Below, one piece after another: positions 1 through 29,600 of a stretch of 64,000 nucleotides of DNA. Origin of the DNA: Euglena gracilis (taxonomy: Eukaryota); NCBI GenBank assembly GCA_039621445.1, contig CP154954.1:42654632-42718631 (forward strand), in the 5' to 3' direction. The notes beneath the pieces are model-generated. The model saw nothing but the letters and a program-made list of their open reading frames with translations, did no database searches and was not told the DNA's origin. Both the position numbers and the translations under genes were made by a program. Position 1 is the first letter of the stretch. Each line of letters begins with the position of its first letter.

Positions 1-924
1 AGTTCGGTCGGATGAACACCACAGACTTGTTGGACAGCGCCAGAAGAAGTTCGGTCGGATGAACACCACAGACTTGTTGGACAGCGCCAGAAGAAGTTCG
101 GTCGGATGAACACCACAGACTTGTTGGACAGCGCCAGAAGAAGTTCGGTCGGATGAACACCACAGACTTGTTGGACAGCGCCAGAAGAAGTTCGGTCGGA
201 TGAACACCACAGACTTGTTGGACAGCGCCAGAAGAAGTTCGGTCGGATGAACACCACAGACTTGTTGGACAGCCGCAGAAGAAGTTCGTCGGATGAACAC
301 CACAGACTGTTGGACACGCCAGAATAAGTTAGGTTGGATGAACACCACAGACTTGTTGGACCGCTCTAGAAGAAGTTCGGTCGGATGAACACCACAGACT
401 TGTTGGACAGCGCCAGAAGAAGTTCGGTCGGATGAACACCACAGACTTGTTGGACAGCGCCAGAAGAAGTTCGGTCGGATGAACACCACAGACTTGTTGG
501 ACAGCGCCAGAAGAAGTTCGGTTTGATGAAGACCACAGACTTGTTGGACAGCGCCAGAAGAAGTTCGGTCGGATGAACACCACAGACTTGTTGGACAGCG
601 CCAGAAGAAGTTCGGTCGGATGAACACCACAGACTTGTTGGACAGCGCCAGAAGAAGTTCGGTTGGATGAACACCACAGACTTGTTGAACAGCCCCAGAA
701 GAAGTTCGGTTGGATGAACACCACAGACTTGTTGGACAGCGCCAGAAGAAGTTCGGTCGGATGAACACCACAGACTTGTTGGACAGCGCCAGAAGAAATT
801 CGGTCGGATGAACACCACAGACTTGTTGGACAGCCCCAGAAGAAGTTCGGTCGGATGAACACCACAGACTTGTTGGACAGCCCCGAACACCACAGACTTG
901 TTGGACAGCCCCAGAAGAAGTTCG
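1..924. repeat. 47-bp tandem satellite/minisatellite, about 19 copies, truncated by the window start
   Basis: Unit AGTTCGGTCGGATGAACACCACAGACTTGTTGGACAGCGCCAGAAGA recurs with period 47 (positions 1, 48, 95...). There are few substitutions and no unique spacers. Confidence 0.95.
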
Positions 925-1042
925 CCTTGCAGGTGGGGGGGGGGTGGTCGGGACCCCCCCCTGCGGGCCAGGGGGGGGGGGGGGGGGGGGGGGGACACCC
1001 CCCCCACCTAAACCATGTACGCCCTCCTTATATCGAACCCTG

Positions 1043-1217
1043 GGCTTAGGCTTAGGCCTAACTTATAGACGGGTGTCCGGCGTACAAGTTAGGCCTAACC
1101 CTAAGCCTAAGTCGCGCACCTAACCCTACTCCATCATTAACGCAACTGACGTCCCCCCCCCCCCCCGGGAGTCTTTACTTGGACCCCCCCCGGGGGGGGG
1201 GCCAAGTAAAGTGTAGC

Positions 1218-1222
<5 letters not shown>
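1043..1222. mobile_element. Partial copy (one end) of the TGGCAG-terminal MITE family, abutting a (TA)n tract
   Basis: It ends in GCTGCCA followed by (TA)n. It shares TTAGGCCTA-CTTATAGA...GTACAAGTTAGG...CTAACCC-ACTCCATCA with the element at 40698-41018. Confidence 0.7.
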
Positions 1223-1264
<42 letters not shown>

Positions 1265-1265
1265 C

Positions 1266-1340
<75 letters not shown>
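1223..1340. repeat. (TA)n microsatellite
   Basis: Direct reading. Confidence 0.95.
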
Positions 1341-1341
<1 letters not shown>

Positions 1342-1696
1342 AATTTTTACCAGCTTCATTTATTAAATTACCACCTTTTGTAGACTTCAGGAAGAGACGT
1401 TAAAAGTCCCCAAATAATCCATAAGCGACAGCTCATGCTCCACAGAGAAAGATCAAAAAATCACCAAATTGATTGATTGAAAAAAAACAGCTGTTGGGAC
1501 CAGAAAACAACTGCTGGCCACCAAGCATGAAATTTGCCTCCATTTCTGGATGGGGATGTCATATACCAGTGCACAGCTGCCGCCACGAGGAGACATTGCG
1601 ATTTATGACCGTCAGCTGTACAGAGAGCACGGCATCTACAAATGTGGAAGAGAGGTGTTTGCTTATCCTACTGCTATGACACAGACACACTTGGAG

Positions 1697-2977
1697 CAGG
1701 CTGTTTTTTTTACCAACCCCGGGGGGGAGGGGGGGGTCCGGAGTGCCTGTGAGTGCCTGCCCAGGCAGGCACTACCCCCCGGGGGGGGGTCGGGTTTCGG
1801 CCTGTGCCCAGGCACATTCCTTTGAAAATAGGCCATTTTTGGCTCCCCGGCGCCTTTGGCGCCGGGGTTGTGCTAGGGTACTTTTGGCCGTGTGCCCCCC
1901 CCCCCCCCCGGGGGGGGGTCGGATCGGGAGTGCCTTGGAGTGCCTGCTCAGGCAGGCACCCCCCCCCCCCCAGGTGGGGTCGGCACCAAGCACCTATGAC
2001 AGATCCCAAATTTTAGCCCGTGGTCGGCTGCGGTCGGCCGCGGTCGGCAAAGTAGTTGGCTGTAGGTGGGGGGCAGGCCAACAAAAAATGAGCATATATC
2101 ACAATCACGCTATCCACTGTTGCCGACTTTTGGCTGCTTTTCGCTGCTTTTGGCATTTTTTGATGCTTTTGGACTGCTTTTGGCCACTGTCGCCGACTTT
2201 TGGTCGATTTTTGCTGCCTTTGCCCATTATTTCCTGCCTTTTGCTTTCTTTTGGTCACTTTTGTTGCTTTTGCCCACTTTTTGCTGGGCTTTGGCTGCTT
2301 TTGGCCAGCTTTTGCTTTGCTTTGACCTCTTTTGACCACTTTTGGCCTCTTAACCTACTTTTGACCACTTTTCTCTGCTTTTGGCCATGTTTACCCACTT
2401 CTGGCCACTTTCAGGCCACTTTAAACGTCTTTTTGTTGCTTTTGACTTCAAGAGCAGTCAAACATGACCTAAAAATGGCCTACAAGTGGTAAAAAATGGT
2501 TAAAATGGCCAAAAGTTCCAAAAGCAGGGAAAAATAACAAAAAAAATGCCCAAAATGGTCCAAAAAAGCCAAAAATGGCTCAAAATGGCCCAAGAGCAGG
2601 ACAAAATGGCCCAAAATTACAAGAAGTGGGCAAAAAGTGGCCAAAAATTGTCAAAATAGGTCAAAATGGGTGAATTATGGTGACAAATGGGCCAAAAGGG
2701 GACAAAAGCGACCAAAAATGGCCAAAAGTGGCCAAAAGTGGCCAAAAGTGACAACATGAGCCAGATGAGCCAGAAAAATCTCAACATCTGGGATAAAAAT
2801 GAGCCTAATTCCTCATTCTCACTGAAAAATTGACATCAATTAGAAAAAAGTTGCGCGGTCGGCTGCGGTCGGCACCCCACCTATGACAGTCCTGAAACCT
2901 GCGGTCGGCCGCGGTCGGCTGCGGTCGGCTGCGGTCGGCATAGGTGCCTGGTCGGCACCCGACTAAAATACAGCCTG
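1697..2977. mobile_element. Non-autonomous hAT-like DNA transposon, 1281 bp, with a perfect 8-bp TSD
   Basis: TIRs are CAGGCTGTTTTTT and AAAATACAGCCTG. The TSD ACTTGGAG lies at 1689-1696 and 2978-2985. The interior has a T-rich half then an A-rich half (fold-back like) and CGGTCGG repeats. Confidence 0.9.
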
Positions 2978-3059
2978 ACTTGGAGGTGAGAGAGTCAGGT
3001 TCAGAGAGCAGGGCGGCATAGCCGGCACAGTGCAGCATTAGGGTTGTTCGCTAGAGGGA

Positions 3060-18288
<15,229 letters not shown>

Positions 18289-19475
18289 CGCACATGTGGG
18301 GCGGGGGGGGGAGCTGGGGGTGGGGCGGGTGGCGGTGGAGGAGGGGGGGGATGGGGTGCACGCGACGAAGGGGGGAATGCGACACAGCGGGGGAAAACAG
18401 AAGGGGCAAGAATGGTGCCGTTCGGCTCTTTATCCTTCCCAGAGAACTGAACTCGAAATCAATGACGACTTTCTGGTCGTCAGCATTGTTTCAACACAGA
18501 ACCAGGTCCCACTCAACCCCACCCAAATCACTTACCCCTGTTGGCTCCTTTCGTCATCTCTTTCCGCATATGATCCCTGCAAGAGGTATGTGCCTCCCGC
18601 TTTCTTGCATTGAAGCAAAAGACACTGTCTGTTGTTTCTTGTTGGCGTTTGGTCCAAGCCCCCCGCCTTGGCTTGTCCGGTGATACTTTCAACAACCTCC
18701 ACTGGCCAAATTCAAGCAACTGGCTTGATTCGGGAAGATTTAGATCGCCCCCGAAAACTTGCCCCCTTCCTTCTCTGGTGACCACTTCCTGGGGGGGGGG
18801 GGCTCCCCCACTTACCAGCACCCTCAGGGAAAAATTCTTCGGCGCCGAAAGCATTGAAGAATTTTTTTGACCGAAATCGGCGCCCTGGAAATTAGGGAGG
18901 GGATGCCAGCAAATATTGAGGGTCGAGGACAGTTTCGGGGGGGGGGGGGGCTGAAGTCGCAGCTGACCTGCAAAAAAAAAGGGTGTTTGCTGGCAATCGG
19001 TGGGGCGGTGGCGATGATACGGCGGGCTAGGACTGTACGATTGCCAAAAAAAGTTGGATGGGGACAGCGGGGGGGGGGGGTGAAGAGGTGGAGGATGCCT
19101 TTCCGCTCAGCGACGGGGCAGACACCAGAGCATGCAAATGCACTTTCACGCCACACCCCGTCCAGCGTTGACTCTCCGACCGTGAGCCAAGCGATGCGTG
19201 ACGGCTGTTCTGGGGGGCCGAGGGGGCTGAGGGGTCACTGGGGTCAGGGAAGGAGAGGCGGTGTGGGGTCAGCTGATGGGGAGAGCGGAACTACCCAGCG
19301 GCCCTCTTTGCTGGCATGGAAAAAATCACTTCAGAGATATTTGGCCGAAAGTGGGAAAAGAGGAGGGGATGACAGGATGTCGCTGTTCAGCTTGAGAATC
19401 AAGCTGGGAAGAGTCAGGGCTGTACTGTGGTCGACTCTCACCCCCATCCGGGAGGTGGGAGAATCAACTTGTCAA

Positions 19476-19968
19476 AGGGGGGGGGGAATTGATATCGGAG
19501 GCCTTCGGAAAAATTGCGGAAAAATTGCGGAAAAATTGCGGAAATTGCGGAAAAATTGCGGAAAAATTGATATCGGGTATACACATTTCTGCTTGGGGGG
19601 ACTTAGAAAATTTTCAATTGTGAGGTTCATAACACCGCAACACCCACGTCGATGCAGGCGAGCACAAATCAACACGCTTGATGTTCTTTGCACAGGTGGG
19701 ACGCACCCAATCCTGTGACCAGTGGTGCACCTGTGAGAAAAATTGGTAAACTGCGGGGGACAACAAAACACAATAGCACACCTGTTGATCCATTTGAAGA
19801 ATGGCTTGAACTCATTGCATCTTCCATCTTCGGTGGTGGGGAAAAAATTCTTCAAAAAAATGGTGAAAAATTGAGGAAAAATTGCGGAAATTGCGGAAAA
19901 TTGCGGAAATTGCGGAAAATTGCGGAAATTGCGGAAAAATTGCGGATATCAATTTCCCCCCCCCCCTG
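19476..19968. mobile_element. MITE with GGGGAATTGATATC TIRs and AAATTGCGG subterminal repeats, copy 1
   Basis: Near-identical to 27161-27663. The flanking direct repeat CTTGTCAA lies at 19468-19475 and 19969-19976. Confidence 0.9.
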
Positions 19969-20157
19969 CTTGTCAACCCCATCCATGGAGAGAGAGAGAG
20001 AGAGAGCCGCATAAAGGCATTCACGCCTGTGCACTCTTATTCATAGATAAACGGGTCAGCAATTCACTAGCACGCAGGGAAGAACGGGACTCGCACCAGT
20101 TGCTCGATGCTGGCAGGGGGCGGACCTGTCGTGGACACCCATCTCCCTCCCAAATTT

Positions 20158-20666
<509 letters not shown>

Positions 20667-21623
20667 CGAAAAAGAGTAGACAGGCCCGTTCAGGAGTGCT
20701 GTTCTTCCCCACGGAAGCCACTGCAAGTTCAGGAGGGGGCAGAATATGTGGGCGATGGGCCTCTGAAAGCGGAGAGGATCCAATCCCCACAAACCAGGTT
20801 CGTTGTTGAAGGACCACCACAGACAATTGTTGCTGCTGGCCAAAAAACTGTCCATTTAAGGTCATTCGAAGCCATTTTAGGCTATTATTACCCATCAGGC
20901 GAGGGGTCCACGAGACTATATTTTGGATAATTTGGGTTGTTTTGGAAACCAAAGTTGCTATACCCCTGAGAATTCGGTAATAAGACACATTGCTCAAAGA
21001 ACGTGCAAATGTGATGAAAAATGATGAATTCGAAATGAAGAACTGTTCAAAAAAGTCTTCTGATTGGGATGAATTGCCGACAAGGAAAAAAGAATTTAGG
21101 AAAAAAATTGTGAGAACCACATATATTTTGAACACAATTCCCATGCGTCACATGCTTCAAAGGTAAAAAGTATAGCAGAGTTAATGCTTGGGTCTTTTGC
21201 AGTACAATGTCTCCAAAATGTGAACAAAAAATATATGTTCAATTTCAATTTACAAATCAGGGGCCTAATTTTTGTTTGAGATGTGTGTGGAAAGAATAAA
21301 ATGAGTTATTTTTGCTTATATAAATGAGCCAGAATGACTGTGATCACCCCAAATGCCTAAAAAAGGCCCCAAAAACTGTCAAAAAAATGCCCAGAAAAAA
21401 GGTGTTTAGTTCACACACTTCATATTTTAGTTATAGGTGTTTGCCGACAGGAGCTCTTTTTTGGTGGTTGGGCACCTTGTTGGTGGCTGAACAAATTTAA
21501 TCACAAAATATATAAATTCTAAGCCATTTTAAGCTGTTTTAGGGGCCAAATCTGCAGGGGGCCAAAAGATCCATTTTCATGCCATATCTTCTTGCAAAAA
21601 TCGATATTTCAGAACCTCCCGAT

Positions 21624-21911
21624 CAGGGGGTATTTTTTAAGGCCGGGGGGGGGGAGGGGGATCCTCCCCCACCCACCCCCCCACACCCTGGGGCGACCGG
21701 GGGGTGGGGTAGGGTCCCGGGGGACCCACAAAAAATGGCCGAAAATCGCGAAAAGTGCTAAAAATAGCATTTTTCGGCGCCTGCGGCGCCGAAAAGTATA
21801 TCCCACCCCCTCTGGGGGGACCCCCCCCGGGGGGGGGGGGGGGGCTCGGCCGGACCCACCCACCCTACCCCCCCTCCCCCCCCCCGGGGTCCACGACTAA
21901 AAAAACCCCTG
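21624..21911. mobile_element. hAT-like MITE, 288 bp, with a perfect 8-bp TSD
   Basis: Ends are CAGGGGGTATTTTTTA and TAAAAAAACCCCTG. The TSD CTCCCGAT lies at 21616-21623 and 21912-21919. Confidence 0.9.
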
Positions 21912-23604
21912 CTCCCGATGCTTGATTCAACGAGTATTCCAAATCTCATGTCCAAATTCCATGCTACGGATTTCTCTGTAACAAGATATCTTTTTTCATT
22001 TAGGGCGCAAAATGAAAGTTCTGTTACCCTCTCCCTTCATTTCCCCTGCGTGACCCTTTGGTATGGTAAATTACAATCCAGGCTGACTGATCGCGAGGCC
22101 AGAAAAAATTTTCTTTTTGACCATTTTGTAGGGTTAGGGAGGGGTGGGATGAAACACCTCCAAGAGGATCGTCCATAGGTTCTCAAACAAATAAAAGCTA
22201 GTGGATTTCATTAGGCTTCATAAAAGTGCAACACGGCACTTGAAAAAGAGAAAGACTGGGGGGGGGGAGGTTCAGTCTTTCGTAAGTACCAGAATTGGCA
22301 ACCTAAATTTTCATACTGTTTCCCTCTACTTGTTCAGTGTTTCGCTTGTTTGGGTTTTTTTTGGCTTCTTTTGCAGGGGGGGCATTTTTTTCGGGGGGGT
22401 CTAACTTTTACGATGGAGGGGATAGAGCAGAGTTCTTTTTTAATTTTTTTTTTTGGGATGAGTTTCACCAGGTCGACTGGGAGGTTACCTCACCCCCACC
22501 CGCCCAAGACACACAAACGTTCTGGTGACATGGGCGTGTGCCAACGAAACGGTACCGTCAGCGGACAGCAAGGTCAAATAACTCTCTTCAACGATTTGGG
22601 CGCTGTTTGGGCCAAATATTGGGCCAACTCATCAAATTTGAGGGAAAAAACCTTTCTATGGGTCGGCGGAACAGAATCAAATAATCTTGCTGCCCAAAGC
22701 AAATTCAAAATTTTGGCAGAGCTTTCGGGAAACACACACACACACACACTGCTCCAAAAGTGTTGTGTTGACACGAGGTGTGTTAACGACACAATGCATT
22801 GTGGACAACGGGGGGGGGGGCTAGGTTCCGTGGGGGTGGCAAATGTGGGCTGTGGCGCAACCTCCCACGATTCCATCCTCCCCGCAAACGAGCCCGGGCC
22901 GACCTGCATTGTTGTCAGAAATTCATGGGTTTTATATATAAATTCAGAGGACCAGGTAAAGATTTCATACGCAACAACTGAACGCTTTCTGCTCGATGTA
23001 ACTATATGGCCAATTCAAAGAGTTACCCACTGGGCAGCACTTGAACTCTTTTTTAAAAAACCCTTAAACTCTGAAAAACTTGCAAAAAATGGCCACGCCC
23101 GGGCACCAAACAAGCGAACATTAACCCAAATGTATTATTGGGCTAATACATTTGGTTGGGTCGCTGGTGCTCTGTGTGGGCCAATTTCTCACGCTAAAAA
23201 TGCCAGGCAATAATTTTGGGGGGATCCGACGTTTTGAGGGTGGAAGAAGGGGGTGGGGTGTCCTGAGTTCGCGGATAATCTGCCACCAATGTGTTGCTTC
23301 AGGTGAAATATTTCTGAAACATATTTTGTGCACGGAAGAAAACAAATTTCTCAGTTGAAAGCCTCAATTAAATCACTTCATACAAAATACACCTTAACCT
23401 CCTTCTTTCAAACCAACGCTTTTCCACTCCACAGAGCGCTCCTGGCCAGGTGCCCCCCCCCCCCCCCGGTCCAGGGGGTCGACTGAAGAAAAAAAATACG
23501 GCTCAACTGACCAGCGGACAATATTCAGCACAGAGCACTGCAAATTATGACTCCCCCCGCCAGGCCGCAGGCCGGTCCTCCCTGGCCGGGGCCACCATCT
23601 CCGG

Positions 23605-26600
23605 CTATCGCGGGGCATCGGCGGTGGCCTTGAACTTCCGGCGGTGCTTCTTCTTGAGAGCGGCGACGCCCATCAGCGGCACGAGGTTGATGTCGTCCTC
23701 CGCGTTGCCGCGGCCGAACGTGACGTACGGGTTCTCCAGCATGGCTTGGTGGCAGGGGCCCCTCCCCTCTTTCCCCGGGCTGGGGGTGGTTGCAGCGGTT
23801 GAATGTTGGTGAATACGGCGGCCAACTGTCAAGAAGAACTTTCCTGCACTGCAGTGCGGGAGGTTACCTGACCTCTCCATTGGAAATTACTCGATTCCCC
23901 CTGTTTTGCTTTGCCAAAAAGTCGGATGCAAACATATGAAATCTCATAAAGTTTAAACTGACGTGAGGATTTTGGTTTGCATCCGGGGACGGTCCAATTT
24001 TTGCAAAACCTGTCAAATTTTTCATGTGGGACAAATTGATAGCTTTAGAGGGAGGGACTTATGAGGTGACGTTGGCGTGCAGACGTGGAGGCCAACTTCT
24101 TCTGGGAGGCCGACTTCCGGGGGGGGGGGTTGGCCCCTGCGACCAGGGGGAGTAGTGGCACTCAGGGGGGTGGCTCTTGCTTGCGGTTGCATGGCCAACC
24201 AAAGTCGTTCACAAGGCAGTGTGAGTGGAAATTGCGGCTTCGACAAGGGGCCGCCTGGCCGGATGTTGGACATGCACATCAGCAGCCAGAAGAAGACGAC
24301 GCACAGCATGTAGGCGTAGAAGGCGCCTGCCCCCCGCCACCACACAGGGGCTGGGGTGGGGAGGGCACACCGGCACCACACACCTCTGCCACAGGGAAAC
24401 CTCCTCGAAGAAGTGATGAGGCGTGTTGGTGTGGGCCAAGCGGGGCACGGGCATGCCATTGGTGTGGGATGTGGTTGGCCCGGAGAGGGAGGGGAGGTGA
24501 TTGCAAAGCAAAGCCCTTGGGAGAGTATCTGCCATAGGGGTTGGGGAGCAAAATTTTCTCTTTAATTGAGCAAATGGGGGTGGACTTTGCCATAATGTAT
24601 TTGGATGGATTTTGTGCACCTTGAGTCCAAGACAAGAAAACACATTCAGTGATTCAAAAATTTCGAAAAGGATGTCAGCTGCTTCTTTTTTCGCCTGTTT
24701 TCACCCGTGGACACCAAAAAAATGCTGTCAACATTTGGATCAGTTTAAAATATTAATGGCAGCAAAGACTCCTTCGGAGGAGGTCCTCAGGGTACTTTGT
24801 AACCTGCTCTTATGTTGAAAGAGGTCGATCAAGATGTTCTGCATAGTCACTCGATCACCCAACAATCTTCTTGATTGTTGCCTTGAGAAGGCTCTAAAGC
24901 CTTCTTCTCTGGAATGTTCCGGAATGCACCAGAGTCTCATAGCCATAGTCATAGCCATAGCCGTTAGCTTACCCCCCCCCCCTATGTCCACGACCGGCAA
25001 CCTCTGTTTTCTGACCGGGGGGGGATGGCTGTTAGACATAGGGTTGTGACCAAAAAGGTGTCCTCCGACCTACATTCGTTGGACAAGGGGTAAAAAAAAA
25101 GTTGGCGGGTACCGGAACCCCACCCCCCCAAAAGGCAAAATTTTCCTTCCGTCACAAAGCACCAAAAATTTTGGGCAATTGACAAATTTTTGCTCAAAAA
25201 GCGCCAAAAATGGCATTTTGGCCATTTTTTGGCCGATTTTGGGTGCAAAGATTTCGGCCAAGAATTTGGCCAGACTTCTGAAAAGGTGTCTTTCTCTGAC
25301 CGGGGGGGGGGGGGCGGGGGGGCGTAGATTTAGGGGGGGGGGTTCAATAAAACGAAAATTTTCACTTGCACTGCCCTTTCTGTGAGACTGTTTGCAGGTT
25401 CACAGGAACTCATTGAAGGTTCCTTTCCATTCGAATACCACGGCATTTTCCTCGCGACCGGGGGAGGGTTGGTGCCTGACAGGGATACAAAACAAACGTC
25501 CATTCGGCATATGGCACACCAAAACTGGGCATTCTGTGGGTCACTGTTTATGGCCGAATGGAAAGTTTGAAAAAAAACGCCATCTGAGGCATGCTGCCAT
25601 AACACAGGAGTGCTCCGAAGGGAGTGGGGTCAGACTGTTGCGGAGGCTGCAGAGTGCATTGAACCTTGCGCCTTTCGACCCCCCCCCCAAATTGGAGGGG
25701 GAGGCCCGAGGCAGCGCGGGGTGCCAGTTGTTGCCGATGTTTGCGAAGTAGGGGCCCATGGTGAACGCCAGGATGCTGATGCACGAGGTGCAGTAGCTGC
25801 GGATGGTGCACGGCGTGCGGTAGTCCCCCCAGTGGGGGGGCCCAAAGAGGGCGGGGAGTCTCTCGAGCCTCCGCGAACGACATTTGAACAACGAGCTCGA
25901 ACAACATTCGAGGAGGCTTGAGAACCTCCTCGAATGTTGTTTGAGGTCGGTCGAGGAGGCTCGAGAGAGCCTCCTCGAATCACCTTGAACATATGTTGGA
26001 CCATGAAACTGAAAATTTTTTTCCAACTAATATCAAACCGATGCCCTTTTGTACGCAACTGTTCGGAGGGCACTAAAAGAACAAAATCCTTTGTTACCCC
26101 CCCCTCCCAAATAACCCACCCCCAAATACCCCCCCCCCTCGGGGGCCGATTTCGAGCGCCTAAATAACACCCCCCCCTGTTTTCCTTTGGGTTTCCATAT
26201 AAAACTACACCCCCAAATAACACCCCCCCCCTGGGGCCCCAGCTCGGGTGCCCAAATAAAACACCGGGGGAGGTGTGTTATTTTGGGGGGTTTACTACAC
26301 ATTCCATGTGTGTGCAACTCCCTTTTGTTGCCAATGCCCTTTGTACGCAACTGTTCGGAGGGCACGAAGCAAAAGAAACATGACGCTGTGTGGCTCCCTC
26401 ATTTCCGTGGCACTGCCATTTATCAACCTCCCAAAGGAGGCACCACCGAGGCTGAGGCAGCTGTGTTGACACCCATCGCCTTTGGGATCCTGGGCCGGGA
26501 ATTGGGCACTCCACCGACCGCCACCACAAAGCTTCACAACCGTCTGCACAATTATTTCAAGAAATACGCCCCTGGTCGACTGGCAGACGGAGGCTGGGGA

Positions 26601-29600
26601 GGCTGTGGGCCGCCTCACTGCCGGAGAAGACGCGGAGGCGCTCGAAGCCCAGGATGAGGTTGATGGCGTTGTTGAACGGAACCGTGACCAACGGGGGCCC
26701 GATGCCCGAGAGCCGCCCCCAGGGACCTGCCCACCCTGAGGTGAGCCCAGCCCCCTCCCCTCAGCCCCAACCACTGCCACAAACAAACAAACAACCACTC
26801 ACATTACAAGGAGGCTGTGCGGCATTAATGTGCTTGATGGACTTGGATGGCAGGTAGAAGCAGTTCCCGACAAAAAAAGCACTAACATGTGCTAAACATG
26901 CAATAACATGCGCACGACCGCAACTCCCAGGGGCAGGGCTCTGCAAGGAAGAGGTCCACCTGGTAGAACAGGTCTTGGTACTGGAGGTAGATGTTGCCCA
27001 ACATCGTTTCCCGCTCCGTTTCGCTGATCGCGGTGAGGTAGTGGCCGAAGTTGGGGGCTGCCTGGGGGGGAACCCTGCGGACGAATAAAAAAGACTTGGA
27101 TGATTCAAAATATGAAATGGGTGAAATAAATGGGAAAAAAAAAACTTCAATGGCAGCTTGCAGGGGGGGGGAATAATTGATATCGGAGGCCTTCGGAAAA
27201 ATTGCGGAAAAATTGCGGAAAAATTGCGGAAATTGCGGAAAAATTACGGGAAAATTGATATCGGGTATACACATTTCTGCTTGGGGGGACTTAGAAAATT
27301 TTCAATTGTGAGGTTCAGAACACCGCAACACCCACGTCGATGCAGGCGAGCACAAATCAAAACGCTTGATGTTCTTTGCACAGGTGGGACGCACCCAATC
27401 CTGTGACCAGTGGTGCACCTGTGAGAAAAATTGGTAAACTGGGGGGGGAACAACAAAACACAACAGCACACCTGTTGATCCATTTGAAGAATGGCTTGAA
27501 CTCATTGCATCTTCCATCTTCGGTGGTGGAGAAAAAATTCTTCAAAAAAAATGGTGAAAAATTGCGGAAAAAAAAAAAAAAAATTGCGGAAAAATTGCGG
27601 AAAATTGCGGAAAAATTGCGGAAAATTGCGGAAAAATTGCGGATATCAATTTCCCCCCCCCTGAGCTTGTACTACGAATGCTCTCCCCCTCCGGCAGGGC
27701 AACGAAAAGTCGAGATTGATTCATTTCTACCCTTGCTTCACTTACCCGCTGACACCACAAATGCCATACTGTAGTTTTTCAATCATTACATAACCAACGT
27801 ATTCATGTTATCCATTATCTACGAACAATCTGGGAGGTGTTGACGAGGTAATCACGGGGAAGCTCGGTTTGGGTCCCCACCAGGCCTCTTTGCAATCCAG
27901 AGTTGCTCAACGCGGCAGAACCCAAATTCATTTTAGTGGACTATTTGGGGGGGGGGTCGGCAGCCCAGCTGAAGCTGCAGACTGGCAAAAAAAAGTTGGC
28001 GTGCTTGACCCTCTCCGACTTGATGCGTTTTGAACCCTGAACGGGCGCCATCACGTCCTCACCCCCCCCCCCCCCCAATCGCTCCGCCAGCCCCAAAGCC
28101 CGGCCTGGGTGTGGTCCAGCACACACTGAAGAGGTACAGGGCTTGCGCGGAGGCCTTGATGCTGGCCAGGATGGACAGCGCCTGCTCCCGCCGCTGGTAC
28201 GCCGCGATGGGCCCCGGACAGCAGCGCTGTGGGAAGGAAGAAGGGGTGGCGGGCGGGCCAGGGGGGGGGCTCCAAATGCATGGGTGTGGGGTGCCACACA
28301 AACGCCAGCAAATGAGCACCGTGAGCATTGAATAGAGGGCTTTGCACGTGTTCGTACCCTGCGCGTGTGGCAGGAGGCTGCATGGCATGGGGAACATTAG
28401 ACGGATCCTGCAAAAGATGGGACGGGCCGCTTCCCGGCCGAGGGAGAAGGACAGCGGGAACACGACGATGGTGGTGTACAGCGGCGGCTGGAAGTCGACG
28501 TACCACTGGTTGCGGAGGCAGAGCCACGTGGAGATGACCGGCACCGCGAAGTACGGCAGCTGCCGGGGCCGGGCCGCGCGGCACATTCCGTGCGCCGTCC
28601 CTCCAACCACGGTGGGCAAACCGCGCCCCGGAGATCGCTGCAATTGTCGTCCGATGGGACCTGCAAACGCCTGAGAGCGCCGCAGGATGATTGCAGGCAG
28701 TGCCCCCCCCCCTATGTCCAATGACCGGTAACCTCTGTCCTCTGACCGGGGGGGTGGTCGTTGGACATGGGGTCAAAAGAAAGTTGGTGGGTACCCGGGT
28801 CCCTACCCACCCAAAAATGCCCAAATTTTCCCTTCCGGCGCTTCGCGCCGAAAATTTTGGGCAATTTTGACAATTTTTTTTGTCCAAAAAGTGTCAAAAA
28901 TGGCACTTTGGCCAAATTTTTGGCCAATTTTTGGGCAAAATTTTTCGTCCCGGCGCTTCGCGCCGGGACCAAAAATTTGGTCAAACCTCCGAAAAGGTGT
29001 CCTCTGACGGGGGGGGGGGGTGGTCATTGGACATAGGGGGGTCGTTGGACATAGGGGGGAGGGGTAGTGCGTACCGCTTCGCGTGTGCAATGCAGTTTTC
29101 TCCCCAGGCGCGGCCCTGGGCCACGCGCACAGAACCTTTTCATACCCAGTGATTCCGAGACCCCTCGGAAATTCCGGGTTCGTGGAACACCAACCCCCTC
29201 AAACGCGCCATTCGACCAGCGTAGCTGGGCGGCCCGGTCGGAGCCGCACCCCGAACTTCCGGATGATGAAGAGGTAGAAGAGGGCCCGCATGAACTCGAA
29301 GAACAGCACCTGCCCGAGCTGCACGGCCGCGGGGGGAGGCTGAGGGTCGTGCAGTGGGCGACACGGGGTTGGGCCCGGCCAGGCTGACAGCGCTTGACAG
29401 TGACAGTGACATCGACAGCGCTTCTGGCTACCATGAGCCTGGGTCTGGGGGATTGGGAGGCCACGAAAGCCTCCAGCGGCCCCCCGGGCGACCCACGGCT
29501 TGTGGACGTCGGGCTGCCAGGGGCAGTCAATCAGCCGGTGGTTCGAGTAGCGCGACCGCTGGCCGAGCATCGCCTGCGGGCGGCTGCTCGACATTGGGCA

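Noticed and set aside
1-924. CRISPR array, or repeat-protein ORFs 329-865 and 366-1007
   Set aside because: Units are contiguous with no unique spacers, there are no cas genes, and the context is eukaryotic. The ORFs arise because a 47-nt stop-free unit cycles through frames.
1743-2492. 249-aa hydrophobic ORF resembling a membrane protein
   Set aside because: It lies inside the TSD-flanked element and reflects its T-rich TTTGGC repeats.
22350-23358. 287-aa plus-strand ORF
   Set aside because: No recognisable motif, and it spans low-complexity patches. Possibly decayed element DNA.
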